DNA from: Batkoa obscura
Lineage: Eukaryota
Length of the DNA: 64,000 nt
Reading direction: 5' to 3'
Assembly (NCBI GenBank): GCA_030770535.1
Contig: JASVEC010000002.1
Location: 1,364,001-1,428,000, forward strand
In this document: in pieces, positions 10,901-19,654 of the stretch
How the letters are laid out: every line of letters starts with the position of its first letter
How positions within the stretch are numbered: the first letter of the stretch is position 1
The notes under the pieces: model-generated
What the model saw: only the letters and a program-made list of their open reading frames with translations
The model's database searches: none
What the model was told of the DNA's origin: nothing
Made by a program: the position numbers and the translations under genes

Positions 10901-11966
10901 GTGACTTAGGCGGTATTAATAAGTTCTTAGGAGAAATAACGGGAATTCCAGACTGTTTATATGCTATCTCCGGATATTGATGAATTACGGATTCTGATCC
11001 GCAGAGAGTGACATCAATTAATTTATTGTTGGTCCGATAGTTCATTATACGGCAGCCAGGAGATTTATTGTTTATCATATTGATAGATAGGTCTCTTGGT
11101 TTATTGTAGTACATTGGGATGGATTGATCTAATATTTTTAAGATATTTTGATCGTACAACAATTGACAACCGTGTTTCACAAAGAATTCGGTGCCTAGGA
11201 GGAAGTCATAACCTTCACTTTCTAATACTATTGCTGGAAAGGCTAAGGTTAGTTTTCCAAATTTGATTGGTATTGATGAGTATGCTCCTAGTGCTGTAGT
11301 AGTTCCAGTTCCAGCTGTACCAAAGGTGTCTGAGCAATCTATATCTGGTTTAAAGGATAATCGTTTTACCAGACGACTCGATATGAAATTGATAGGAGCT
11401 CCACTATCTAATATGATGCGTACATTCTTTTTATAAATTGACGCATTGATGTAAGTACAATCGATGGAGTTAGCTTTGTCATCGAGGTTTACTAAAAGAA
11501 TCTGTTTATTTGGATTCTGGTATTCTCTAATAATTTTTCTAAATGCAATTGCTAAGTCTGATTCTCCAGTTAAGATCTTGTCTAGCGGGATTGGGATCGT
11601 AACATTGGTTAACCACTGATGCGTGTTATCTAGTTCGCTTTGTGTGAGGGATAGTTTAGATAAATCAGATAATTGTGAGATGTAAGGTTTGGAGATCTCG
11701 TTCATTGGAATCGAATCAGGAGCATTAATAGAGTTATCAGGTAGCTTGAAAATTCGAGGTGGAATGACTTTAGGGATTTCCACAACAGGGACTTTTTTCT
11801 TTTTAGGTCTACCACGAATTCGCGAAGGAAGTGCTAGGATGAGGGTAGAGGGGTCAAATTTTGAAAGCGTATTAACTTTAAGGTCTAATCCAGTGCTTTC
11901 ATCTGGATCAGGAGGAATTTTTAACTTCGTGGAAGGGGGATCCTCATTTATCCTCCCACTTAGAAG
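7950..11966 (-). CDS. pol: Pol polyprotein (aspartic protease, dUTPase-like domain, RT, RNase H, integrase), expressed by -1 frameshift from gag
   Basis: ILDSGA protease; SPWASP, DYRKLN, YWQV and YLDD RT motifs; TDAS/TDH RNase H; HHCC, D-D-E and GPY integrase. The frame stays open upstream of the ORF-track GTG (11783) as far as the slippery site. Confidence 0.95.
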   Translation of the reverse strand, partial: LLSGRINEDPPSTKLKIPPDPDESTGLDLKVNTLSKFDPSTLILALPSRIRGRPKKKKVPVVEIPKVIPPRIFKLPDNSINAPDSIPMNEISKPYISQLSDLSKLSLTQSELDNTHQWLTNVTIPIPLDKILTGESDLAIAFRKIIREYQNPNKQILLVNLDDKANSIDCTYINASIYKKNVRIILDSGAPINFISSRLVKRLSFKPDIDCSDTFGTAGTGTTTALGAYSSIPIKFGKLTLAFPAIVLESEGYDFLLGTEFFVKHGCQLLYDQNILKILDQSIPMYYNKPRDLSINMINNKSPGCRIMNYRTNNKLIDVTLCGSESVIHQYPEIAYKQSGIPVISPKNLLIPPKSQIVLDTEISLWIPKEFHLSIYSIEGVSQLEPLTMPGILGNNMNETIKLLLANITKKEINISRCQQIGTIYVENNALINTFSKFATLEEFQIHEEAPNNQALFVEKDTINHLNQDEQLQFYKLLEEYKDIFATSEEDIGCARNTKHKVYTCDSLPVATKAYRKSQSELKAEREEVQKLLRLGLIIPSNSPWASPLMIVKKKDGTNRVVMDYRKLNKITKKDVYPLPRIDDAVDRLQGAKYFSAMDLISGYWQVEMDPEDQEKCALITSEGLFQPTRMPQGLSNAPATFQRLMDNTLGDLKLSCVLIYLDDLNVFSRTFVDHLTHLKAVFERLRQANLKLKPKKCSFFQTSLEFLGYKVSDKGLAPIPNKLDAVKELLPPTTMREVQVFLGLMNYYRRFIKDFSNLATPLFQLLKKEVKFQWKEEHQQAFEELRNKLLNAPVLMFPNFSKPFSLHTDASLTAVGGVLSQLDDNNCEHPIAYTSRTLSKHERNYTTTEKECLAIIHAIKAFRPYIYGTHFTVITDHVSLKWLYSITNPEGRLARWALKLQSYSFDIVYKPGKDHQNADGLSRLPRICLATPIDDDLYNLLGNKDKWPQQQPELKQWLEKNAQNIIVRDNALYKKIKGTYIPYIRPSSRLSACQQFHDVICGHSAFQKTYDTMKVSCYWESMIPDLEDFINNCDVCKREQSKIKATAYKFILPKHAFHTVSIDVIGPLCEASSVRGNKFIVVAIDHLTKWVEAKAIPNQTSFHISKFIYEDIICRHGSPQVILTDNAANFVNLVLPKLARLMAIKHSTAAPYHPETNGMVERVNGTLVRILRKLAFDKTSSWDEYLHSAILAYRYSVHSITKKSPFVMLYGRHPGLPISFAPLMVRQEEMSPDMYLLKLTKKLIAIQVDAFNALTDSKTRRYRQDISRLPRLAVFKVGDIVHLYPSYNQSRKNKLALKWDGPYEVIHKHLYDSYSIKHKRTSVIYNRVHAKFLKSAM

Positions 11967-11972
11967 TTTTTT
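11929..11972 (-). promoter_or_regulatory. Programmed -1 ribosomal frameshift signal
   Basis: A AAA AAC in the gag frame (11972-11966), 6-nt spacer, 8-bp stem GTGGGAGG/CCTTCCAC; pol lies in the -1 frame. Confidence 0.85.
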
Positions 11973-14476
11973 GACTCGTTATCGGAGTCGACAAACTTCT
12001 CAGTATCATCGCCTTCAGTATCGTTATAATTGAGGTGATTTATTTGTTTATTTTTATTGAAACGTTCATTGTTGCGAACATTCTTTTCGAAATAATATTT
12101 AAAAATACCATTTTCTGGCTTTGGTTCAGTGCAGTTAACGGTAATGTGTCCATATTCACCACAGTTCCAGCATCCAGTAAATACTCGAGATTTACGATGG
12201 TTGGAGTAGTGTTGTTGAGTGATGGTAAAACAATGAAGGTATTCGTTGTTGTCCATCCCTTTATCTATGTGATTAACATATAATTTCTTGGGTCTAACTT
12301 CACTTTTTGGACTTCCAAGGTATAATTCTAAAATCTCTATCATCTGTGTAACGTTGGTGATGTTATGATGAGGATCTAGAAAAAGGCATGCGATATGACT
12401 TGGAAGGTTTCGCTGGAAGGCCAGGCGGAGGTCTGTAACGCTTAACTTTCCACAGGAAATTAAGGCATTAGCACGATTTCTTACGTTTGTAATGAAACTC
12501 TCAAGTTTACTTTCGTCGTCTAAACGTAAAGATAAGAGGGCTGCCTTTTTTGCTTCCATTTTTACATCGGAATCATAATGGTCTATAAACGCCTTTTTGA
12601 AGGAATCCCAATTACTGCGTAAGTCGTCAGGTAAAGTCATGCACCAAGAAAGTTCATTTGTTTGTAGTTGACCTAAAAGGCATTGAGGACGACATTCATA
12701 GGTCCAGTTGTTGGCATCGAGATGAACTTCTAGAGCTTTAATGAAGGTAGTAGCAGTAATTTCACTTGGATTGAATAAAAGACTAAAATTAAACTTTGTG
12801 TTAACAGGTTGGGAGCTTCTTGGGTAGTTGTGGCGGTGTGTTGAGAAGCTATGTGATTTTGGATCGTTACCAGAAGGTCCAGGATGACTAAAATAAGCGT
12901 CATGGGTATTGTGTGATATACCATGATCATGTTGAACAGTAATCGGATCGGCTTGTACATAGTGAGGTGAAGATTTCTCATAGGATATATGTTGAGCGAT
13001 TTGAGGAGCAATATGTGATGACTTATTTTTGTTAAAAGGATTGGCTAAGTTGACTTCAGCATAAGATTGTACACGAGGTCGTATTGGATCAGCGTTAGAT
13101 CCTGTAGCAGGATTTCTTGAGTAAATACCATCAGTAGGTACAGCAGTCATTCTAGGATTTGATTGGGGTAGGTATGTGGAAACTTGAGGAGAGTTCTCTT
13201 CTTTCTTTGTTTGACCATCCGGTTGTACCAAGTGAACAGAACCATGATACTTATGGTTTATTTGATATTCAGTACCAAAGATAGATTCTGTGGCACTATC
13301 ACCCAGATCATATATATTGTATCTTGGAACGTCTCTGTAACTCGAGAGTCTGGAGGGAGGTGCTGAAACAGCAATACGCTCCTTTCTACAATTGCAAGAA
13401 GATGCCTTGATTTGGTTAGTATTGGAAGCTACCTTAGTCTGAAGAAGAATGAGCTCTTCTCTGGTACTCTGTATGTTACGCGAGATTTCCTCCCAGTCAA
13501 CTACTGTTTGTTCTTTGTCCAGTCTAATTTGTTCCTTCAAATTATTATTGGAGGTGATAAGCTGGCTAATGGTAGTCACTTGTTGAGCCATTTGTTCATT
13601 ACAAACAGCTAAATCTTGTTCTAAAGCCAAGATTCTAGCATCTTTGGTTGAAGTAGATGGAGGGGATTGTTCAATACAGGATAAGCGGTGATTATACTCT
13701 TTGAATTTATTCATTAGCGATCTATGGAGTTCTGCGAAAGTGGCTTTTGTTTTTCCGTCGATATCTGAGATTCTTTCAGTAGTATGGTCATTGATCTCAG
13801 TGAGGGAAAGGTTGATCTCATCGGAGATTTTAACAAGTTCAGAATGTAGAGCAGTATCGAGCTGACGTAATTCAGCTTTGAGATCTCCTACTTCTCTTAC
13901 TAATTCTCTGTGGGCTTCATAGGTAACGGTGTTATTAAGTCTTTGATTGAGCTCATTTAACTTACTAACATGGAGTTCATTTGAAGGGGCGATGACACCA
14001 CTCTTTTGGTTACTGATCATGGAAAGGTTGTTAACCGTAGCTAAAAGTGAGCTCAAAGAGGTAGACAATTCATTGTTATGAATTGAAAGACGGTCGAGTT
14101 CACCAACCATCTGGATGAGTTTGTTGTGCAGGAACTCTACTAGATATTGTTGAACGTGGGAAAGGGTAGGTACCGTTTGGTACTGGGCACGAAAATTGAT
14201 TTGAGTACTGGAGCCACTATTTTGGTATTGTCTCCAAGCGGAGAGGTCACCATCAAGGACGTGCATAGGGACAGCTCCGTAGGTAACGACTGAGTTTACA
14301 ACGTGAGGAGGTAGTGCAGCTTGATTTAAAGCAGCAGTTTCTATTTCTGGGGTCAGAACACTAGCTTCCTCTTCATCACTACTACCCATGTCGTATTCAG
14401 TGATGATCAACTGTTGACGGTTATCAAGAAGGTATTTTGAGTCCGCAAAATAAGGTGCAAGACCATTGTCGACCAT
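11960..14476 (-). CDS. gag: Gag (838 aa): long coiled-coil N-terminus, capsid-like domain, CCHC zinc knuckle
   Basis: CWNCGEYGHITVNC (CX2CX4HX4C); capsid-like NWDSFKKAFIDHY segment; located between the PBS and pol. Confidence 0.93.
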   Translation of the reverse strand: MVDNGLAPYFADSKYLLDNRQQLIITEYDMGSSDEEEASVLTPEIETAALNQAALPPHVVNSVVTYGAVPMHVLDGDLSAWRQYQNSGSSTQINFRAQYQTVPTLSHVQQYLVEFLHNKLIQMVGELDRLSIHNNELSTSLSSLLATVNNLSMISNQKSGVIAPSNELHVSKLNELNQRLNNTVTYEAHRELVREVGDLKAELRQLDTALHSELVKISDEINLSLTEINDHTTERISDIDGKTKATFAELHRSLMNKFKEYNHRLSCIEQSPPSTSTKDARILALEQDLAVCNEQMAQQVTTISQLITSNNNLKEQIRLDKEQTVVDWEEISRNIQSTREELILLQTKVASNTNQIKASSCNCRKERIAVSAPPSRLSSYRDVPRYNIYDLGDSATESIFGTEYQINHKYHGSVHLVQPDGQTKKEENSPQVSTYLPQSNPRMTAVPTDGIYSRNPATGSNADPIRPRVQSYAEVNLANPFNKNKSSHIAPQIAQHISYEKSSPHYVQADPITVQHDHGISHNTHDAYFSHPGPSGNDPKSHSFSTHRHNYPRSSQPVNTKFNFSLLFNPSEITATTFIKALEVHLDANNWTYECRPQCLLGQLQTNELSWCMTLPDDLRSNWDSFKKAFIDHYDSDVKMEAKKAALLSLRLDDESKLESFITNVRNRANALISCGKLSVTDLRLAFQRNLPSHIACLFLDPHHNITNVTQMIEILELYLGSPKSEVRPKKLYVNHIDKGMDNNEYLHCFTITQQHYSNHRKSRVFTGCWNCGEYGHITVNCTEPKPENGIFKYYFEKNVRNNERFNKNKQINHLNYNDTEGDDTEKFVDSDNESKNF

Positions 14477-14585
14477 AGTTGAGAATTAAGGAGGTTAAGG
14501 GGGTTTTTCTTTGTTTGGGGTGGTTACGCGGTAAGGACCGTAAAGGAAAGATTATAAAGGCTATCTAAAATAGTTATAAGAGCTT

Positions 14586-14603
14586 TCCCAGTTATGAGCG
14601 CCA
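14586..14603 (-). other. Primer binding site (PBS)
   Basis: TGGCGCTCATAACTGGGA, 2 nt downstream of the 5' LTR; the initial TGG is complementary to tRNA CCA. Confidence 0.8.
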
Positions 14604-14605
14604 AA

Positions 14606-15005
14606 TGTGAAATCTGGTACTCAGGGTTTGGAGTCAAGAACAGCTATTGCTGGGTTGACTACACTATAAGTCGAAAGGTCTTAGTTTATGTAACTAAGAT
14701 AGACTTGGATTATGAGGAATAGCACGTAATAGGTTACAAGCTATATAAGACAAATAGAATAGACAATACTAATGTAAAATCTATGTAAAATAATATTAAG
14801 AAAACTTAGTGGCTTTATTAAATGTTCGAGATATCAGGGATTAATTCAGTTAAAAAGCCTCGAACTATTATACTCTGTAAACTCTTTTATACTCTGAAAA
14901 GTATAAGTATCAAAATGAGAAGATAATATTCTTTTGGGCGGAACTAGAAATTCTCATAACAAATCAAAATAATTAACCATGGGACTGACGAAGCGATATT
15001 TCACA
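14606..15005 (-). repeat. 5' LTR (400 bp)
   Basis: Direct repeat of 7453-7852; minus-strand TATAAAAG (~14884-14891) and AATAAA (~14814-14819). Confidence 0.97.
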
Positions 15006-15011
15006 CGTTAT

Positions 15012-15113
15012 TCAGAGATGCATTTTTTTGTTTAAAAATTTTACTAACAATCTTTCCATTAAAATAGCGCTTGAAAAATGGAAAAGTAATGGAATCAAAA
15101 AAAAGATGCTCAG
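15012..15113 (+). mobile_element. MITE family A copy, abutting the retrotransposon TSD
   Basis: cagagatgcattttt...ttttactaacaatctttccattaaaatagcgcttgaaaaatggaaaagtaatg. Confidence 0.7.
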
Positions 15114-15189
15114 TCTTTTTATTTGTTTTATATAATCCATAGCTTATTATATACTGTCTCTATAGATCTAAGCCTATATTAATTATATA

Positions 15190-15270
15190 AATTAAGGTTT
15201 TTTGACTTATAGTCAGTTAATTAAGCAAAAACTATTTTTAATTTCAACTACTGAGTACTAACTTTTACAA
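15190..15270 (+). repeat. Highly decayed LTR-end fragment
   Basis: ttttgacttatagtcagttaattaagcaaaaact...actactgagtactaacttttaca resembles the reverse complement of the first ~75 bp of 7453-7852. Confidence 0.55.
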
Positions 15271-15391
15271 AAGTATTATTTTTTTATTTTAATATGTATA
15301 TTTAGTAACTGTAATAAAAAATAACTGTTATCATATTTTGTATATATAGTCACCTAGTTGGTTGGAATATAATTTTTTTCAATAGAATAAT

Positions 15392-15934
15392 TGTGAAATA
15401 TCATTTTATTAGCTCTCGGATTAATTATAATATGATAACCATTTAACTTATTTACAAAACTAATTACAAACTTGTAATTAACTTGACCATGATTCATGTG
15501 GTACAATCAATTTAGAGCTCCTTATTTTGGTTTTCTATGAGAATTTCTACCGCCTAACTGTGAAAGACATTACTCCCCTTTTAGTGTCCATACTTGGTAA
15601 TTATGGTAATGAATAACTATTATTGTATTCCTATATGTAGCCACTCAGTCAGAGTATAAAAGAGACTTTTCAACATAATAATTTGAAGCTTTTTAATTGA
15701 ATTACTTCTTGATATCATACCTTTGGTGAAGTCACTAAATCTTTCTGATACTACTTTGTGTAGATTTTACTAGTATTGTTTGTTTTATTTATCTTACATA
15801 GCTAATAACCTATTAAGTGGTATTCTTTATAATCCAAACCTATCTTAGTTACATAAACTAAGACCTTTTGACCTACGGCTAGTCAATCAAACAAAAACTG
15901 CCTTGACTCCAACCACTGAGTATTAGATTTCATA
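15392..15934 (+). repeat. Diverged solo LTR of a related family, opposite orientation
   Basis: Starts tgtgaaatatc; contains tatgagaatttcta, cagagtataaaagag and tatcttagttacataaactaagaccttt; ends ctgagtattagatttcata. All match the reverse complement of the 400-bp LTR. Confidence 0.85.
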
Positions 15935-16032
15935 TAACTCAGTTTTTTTATTAAATTATTTTTTGATATTATATTTTTAATAAAGTTATAAAGTTTTTTT
16001 GACAGTATTTTACATAGATTTTATGGTAATAT

Positions 16033-16268
16033 CTGAGGGTGTTTTTTTCATTTCATTTTTTCCGTTTTTTAAGCGTTGTTTGAGTGGAAAAGCTATTAGT
16101 AAATTTTTAAACACAATACATCTCTATCTTTTATTTTATTTTTGTATAATTTATAGCTTATTATATGGGGATGTCTTTTTTGGCTTCATTACTTTTTCCA
16201 TCCTTTAAGTGCTATTTGAGTGGAAAAATTATTAGTAAAGCTCTTAAACACAAAAATACATCCCCATA
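16033..16268 (-). mobile_element. Two MITE family A copies (16033-16127 and 16164-16268, reverse)
   Basis: The second copy has perfect TATGGGGATGT...ACATCCCCATA ends. Confidence 0.8.
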
Positions 16269-16297
16269 TGCTATTGTTATAATTCAAATATATTTTG

Positions 16298-16385
16298 ATT
16301 ATGTAAACTAAATTCTTTTGACTTATAGCTAGTTGATCAAACAAAAAATACTCTTAACTTTAATCACTAAGTATCAATTTTTATA
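16298..16385 (+). repeat. Decayed LTR-end fragment
   Basis: taaactaaattcttttgacttatagctagttgatcaaacaaaaa...atcactaagtatc parallels 15855-15930. Confidence 0.6.
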
Positions 16386-16427
16386 ATAATTGCTTTTTAT
16401 TATAGTTGCTAAATACAAATATTAAAA

Positions 16428-16531
16428 TATAGGGATGTATTTGTGTTTAAGGATTTTACTAATAATTTTTCTGCTCAAATAGCGTTTAGAAAGTGGAAAA
16501 AGTGATGAAGCCAAAAAAAAATATCCCCACA
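16428..16531 (+). mobile_element. MITE family A copy
   Basis: tatagggatgt...ctcaaatagcgttt...atatccccaca. Confidence 0.78.
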
Positions 16532-16850
16532 TATTAATGAAAAAACTTGTTAGTATATAAGTATTATAGAAAATTTAATATAGGTTTTAATAAATATACA
16601 AAATAAAATAAATTTAATGTTGTACTTCTAAAATACTTTTTAATATAAAAAATTGTTTTTTAGCTTTCAATTTTGCTATTACTGAAACAAATGCTCTTGA
16701 TTGCTATAAATGGTAGGTAAAATAAAAAACAGTACCAGCCCTAGGAAGTATAATTGCTAAAAATAAAGGTATAAATAATATAAAAAGAGTAGAGAAAAGA
16801 TATGTTTACGGTTCATATCTTGTATATAAAATTTATTATAGAAAGCATTA

Positions 16851-16950
16851 TATAGGGATGTATTTTTGTGTTTAAGACTTTTATTAATAATTTTCCGCTA
16901 AAATAGTGCTTAAAAGATGAAAAAAGTGATGAAATCAAAACATCCCCATA
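16851..16950 (+). mobile_element. MITE family A copy
   Basis: tatagggatgt...acatccccata. Confidence 0.78.
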
Positions 16951-17237
16951 TAATATTAGCTATAGAGGTTTTGGTCGTAATTAAAGACTCAAATTTTACT
17001 GTGTTAAAGGCCCAAATTTGTACAATTACTTTTTAGTGTACTTTTCTTGCTTTCATCATCGACCCATTTAGATTGATACTGGAAAAGTACCTGTTAATAT
17101 TATTTCATTTTTATTTAACATTTAGAAATTGCAAATTTGAAAAAATTTACTTTTCCTAATTCGGACATCCTAACTAAATTGTACAAATCGCTTTTGAAAT
17201 AAATCCCTGTAAATCTAACTGCAACCAGTTCTAACTG

Positions 17238-17496
17238 TATATGGGCTAGTTTAAAAGCTTGGTTAAAATTGAAAATAAATTTTCGAGTTTACTTTTTTTT
17301 GACTATTTTTTATGTAGTGTAAATTTTAAAAAAACTCTTAAGTAATCAGACAAAAAAACGCTTCAGTATGAGAATCCAAAATTAAGCAAAAAAGCAAAAA
17401 GGCAAAAAAAATTGTAATATTTAATGCTCAACTTTAATTTTTGCTAAAAATCGAAATTGGGCAAAATTTGAACCAAGCTTTTAAACTAGCCTATAT
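17238..17496. mobile_element. ~260-bp MITE with ~33-bp TIRs (family C)
   Basis: tatatgggctagtttaaaagcttggttaaaatt ... aatttgaaccaagcttttaaactagcctatata. Confidence 0.75.
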
Positions 17497-17951
17497 ATAA
17501 TTAAACCTTTTTTTGAGTTTTTTTTATAACGTCTGATTTGTATTTATTTCAAGCTTTTTAAAGCACATTTATACATTTATTAATAGTAATATATTATAAT
17601 ACGATACTTTTAATAAACTAGGTTTATCTTGATGGGTCTATTCGCGTTTATTACTTTAAAAACACTATTATTACCCCCCCTTAATTATATCTTTTGTTTA
17701 TATTACTATAATAAAACAATAACTCCACTATCAACTCAAATCGCTTGAAGCTAACCACTTTAAAATCCAGTTTGCTTTCTACCCAACAAAAAAATTAAAC
17801 TAATTAAGGTAAGGTAGCGAAAAATGGCATGGTATAGTAAGAGTAGAAAAAGTTGTAAAGTACAACGTGGTACAATCAGTGAGTTACCACCCTCCATAAA
17901 GATAACCAAACAACTCACTTGATTTCTTATTACACTAACATGAATACCAAT

Positions 17952-18045
17952 CACATTAACCAATTTTATGCCTTTATTTAGAAAAACACTAAGAAATCTT
18001 TTACTTAGTGTTTTTCTAAATAAAGGCATAAAATTGGTTAACGTG
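17952..18045. repeat. Near-perfect hairpin, 42-bp arms and 10-nt loop
   Basis: cacattaaccaattttatgcctttatttagaaaaacactaag / cttagtgtttttctaaataaaggcataaaattggttaacgtg, one mismatch. Confidence 0.92.
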
Positions 18046-18178
18046 GCTGATGTTTGTGCTAGTAATTAGAGAAAAATTTTGGTTTGATTTGAAATAAGGT
18101 TCGAAACTAAAACACACTTTATTTGCTTTTATATAAAATGTATGGGGCGAATACCACTTAGATCAAACTTGGTTTAAA

Positions 18179-18263
18179 ATGGGGATGCCTTTTTTACTTA
18201 CAGTTTTTCGACTCAAATAGTGCTTAAAAATGGAAAATAATAAAACCAAAAAAACATCCCCCA
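18179..18263 (+). mobile_element. MITE family A copy with internal deletion
   Basis: atggggatg...ctcaaatagtgcttaaaaatggaaaa...acatccccca. Confidence 0.72.
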
Positions 18264-19654
18264 AATCTTAATTTCAATCTACAAATATAAAAATCAGAAA
18301 ATAAAAAAATATAATAAAATTGTAAAACTAAAGTGGGGAAGTCAATATCTCTTATTTGTTTCAAATCAAGTAAATAGAGATAAAACAAATTTATTTATTA
18401 TTAAGAATAATTGATTTATTAAAAATAGTAATCAAAGTGGACCGATTTTCATTATTCGTTGTATCCCTACTTAAGAAGTTTTAAGTATTAAATGATTTCT
18501 TTGATTACCATAAACCAGTTAATTAGAAAATGCAACATTTCCAAAAAAATTGCAAATTTAATCAGATTTTAGTTTTATTATTTGTAAGATTTGTAAATTT
18601 TACGGTGTTGATTTTTTAATAAAAAATAAGCCTTTAGCTTATATTGCCAAAACCAAAGTAGAAAAGGGGAATAAGCTAATCTTAATTAAATTTTGATGAA
18701 AGGAAAAAAGAAAAAATTAAACGATGATTTAAAATAAATAACAATTAATTTTATAAAATTAAATTTTACTGGTCTTTTAATAAAAAATTAATTTAATTTC
18801 AACTTAGTTACTTTATTAAAAAAGTCCATTTATAATGTAATTAGTGCCTGCTTCATCACCCAGAAATCCTTAACTAAGCCACATTGTGAGAAATTTTGTC
18901 TTTTGTGTATTAAAGTAATAATGAAGTATAAATTTTATTAAATAAGCTGCATCAAATTTGAAATTTAAGTTTTAAAGTGAGTTTAAAATAAAATGACAAC
19001 ATTTAAAACGTTGATCTCAGCAAGTTTGATTTTATTAAAAACAAAATTCCCCTATTTTACTCATTTTAATAAACGATGTCGTTTGATAAACTATTAATAA
19101 TATTATTATTGTTAGGCCAATAGCATTATTTTTTAATTTACCCATTTCATTTTACTTCAACTATAATAGCAAGACGGTAAAAAAAACAGACAGTTATTAT
19201 GTCATTATTAAATATTCACAAAATAACAAAGTCCAATATAAATCATAACTATTTTTATGATTGGTGAAGACAAATCATTATCTCACTATTATTTGTAATA
19301 GGACCTTGGAAGGAATTTTGATTTAATACGAATCATCCATACAATAGCTAAGTTAGAGCACATAACTATTAAACAAAGGATTAATTATTTCATAAATTGA
19401 AGTGATAAAAGCATTACTCTTTTCCTCTATCTTTGGGATTGGGGTAAATTAAAAATGGTGAAGTTTATTTCACTCTATTCTCAAATAAATCCCGCTATAT
19501 TTCCAATTTTAATAAAACTTATATTCTATTCAGTATTTATGTAATTATCAAGTAGCTTAATGCATCAGAAAATCAATTTAATTAATGTTTATTGAAGCAA
19601 AAATGTTTATTTTTAAAAAATACTATACAATAGAAGAAAAATAAATGAATTAAC

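Larger units (their letters stand above)
7453..15005 (-). mobile_element. Full-length Ty3/Gypsy LTR retrotransposon
   Basis: Two 400-bp direct LTRs (TGTGAAAT...ATTTCACA), 5-bp TSD CGTTA at 7448-7452 and 15006-15010, PBS, PPT, gag and pol with PR-RT-RH-IN order. Confidence 0.98.

Noticed and set aside
8137..13612. Small overlapping or antisense ORFs inside gag/pol, possible env
   Set aside because: Shadow ORFs without motifs. Only ~100 bp separate the pol stop from the 3' LTR, leaving no room for env.
14586..14960. Tf1-type self-priming via the 8-nt match between the PBS (CTCATAAC) and LTR ~14953-14960; also PBS identity to the tRNAiMet anticodon loop
   Set aside because: The match lies upstream of the putative TATA box (U3, not the transcript 5' end), and the iMet similarity has the wrong polarity for priming.
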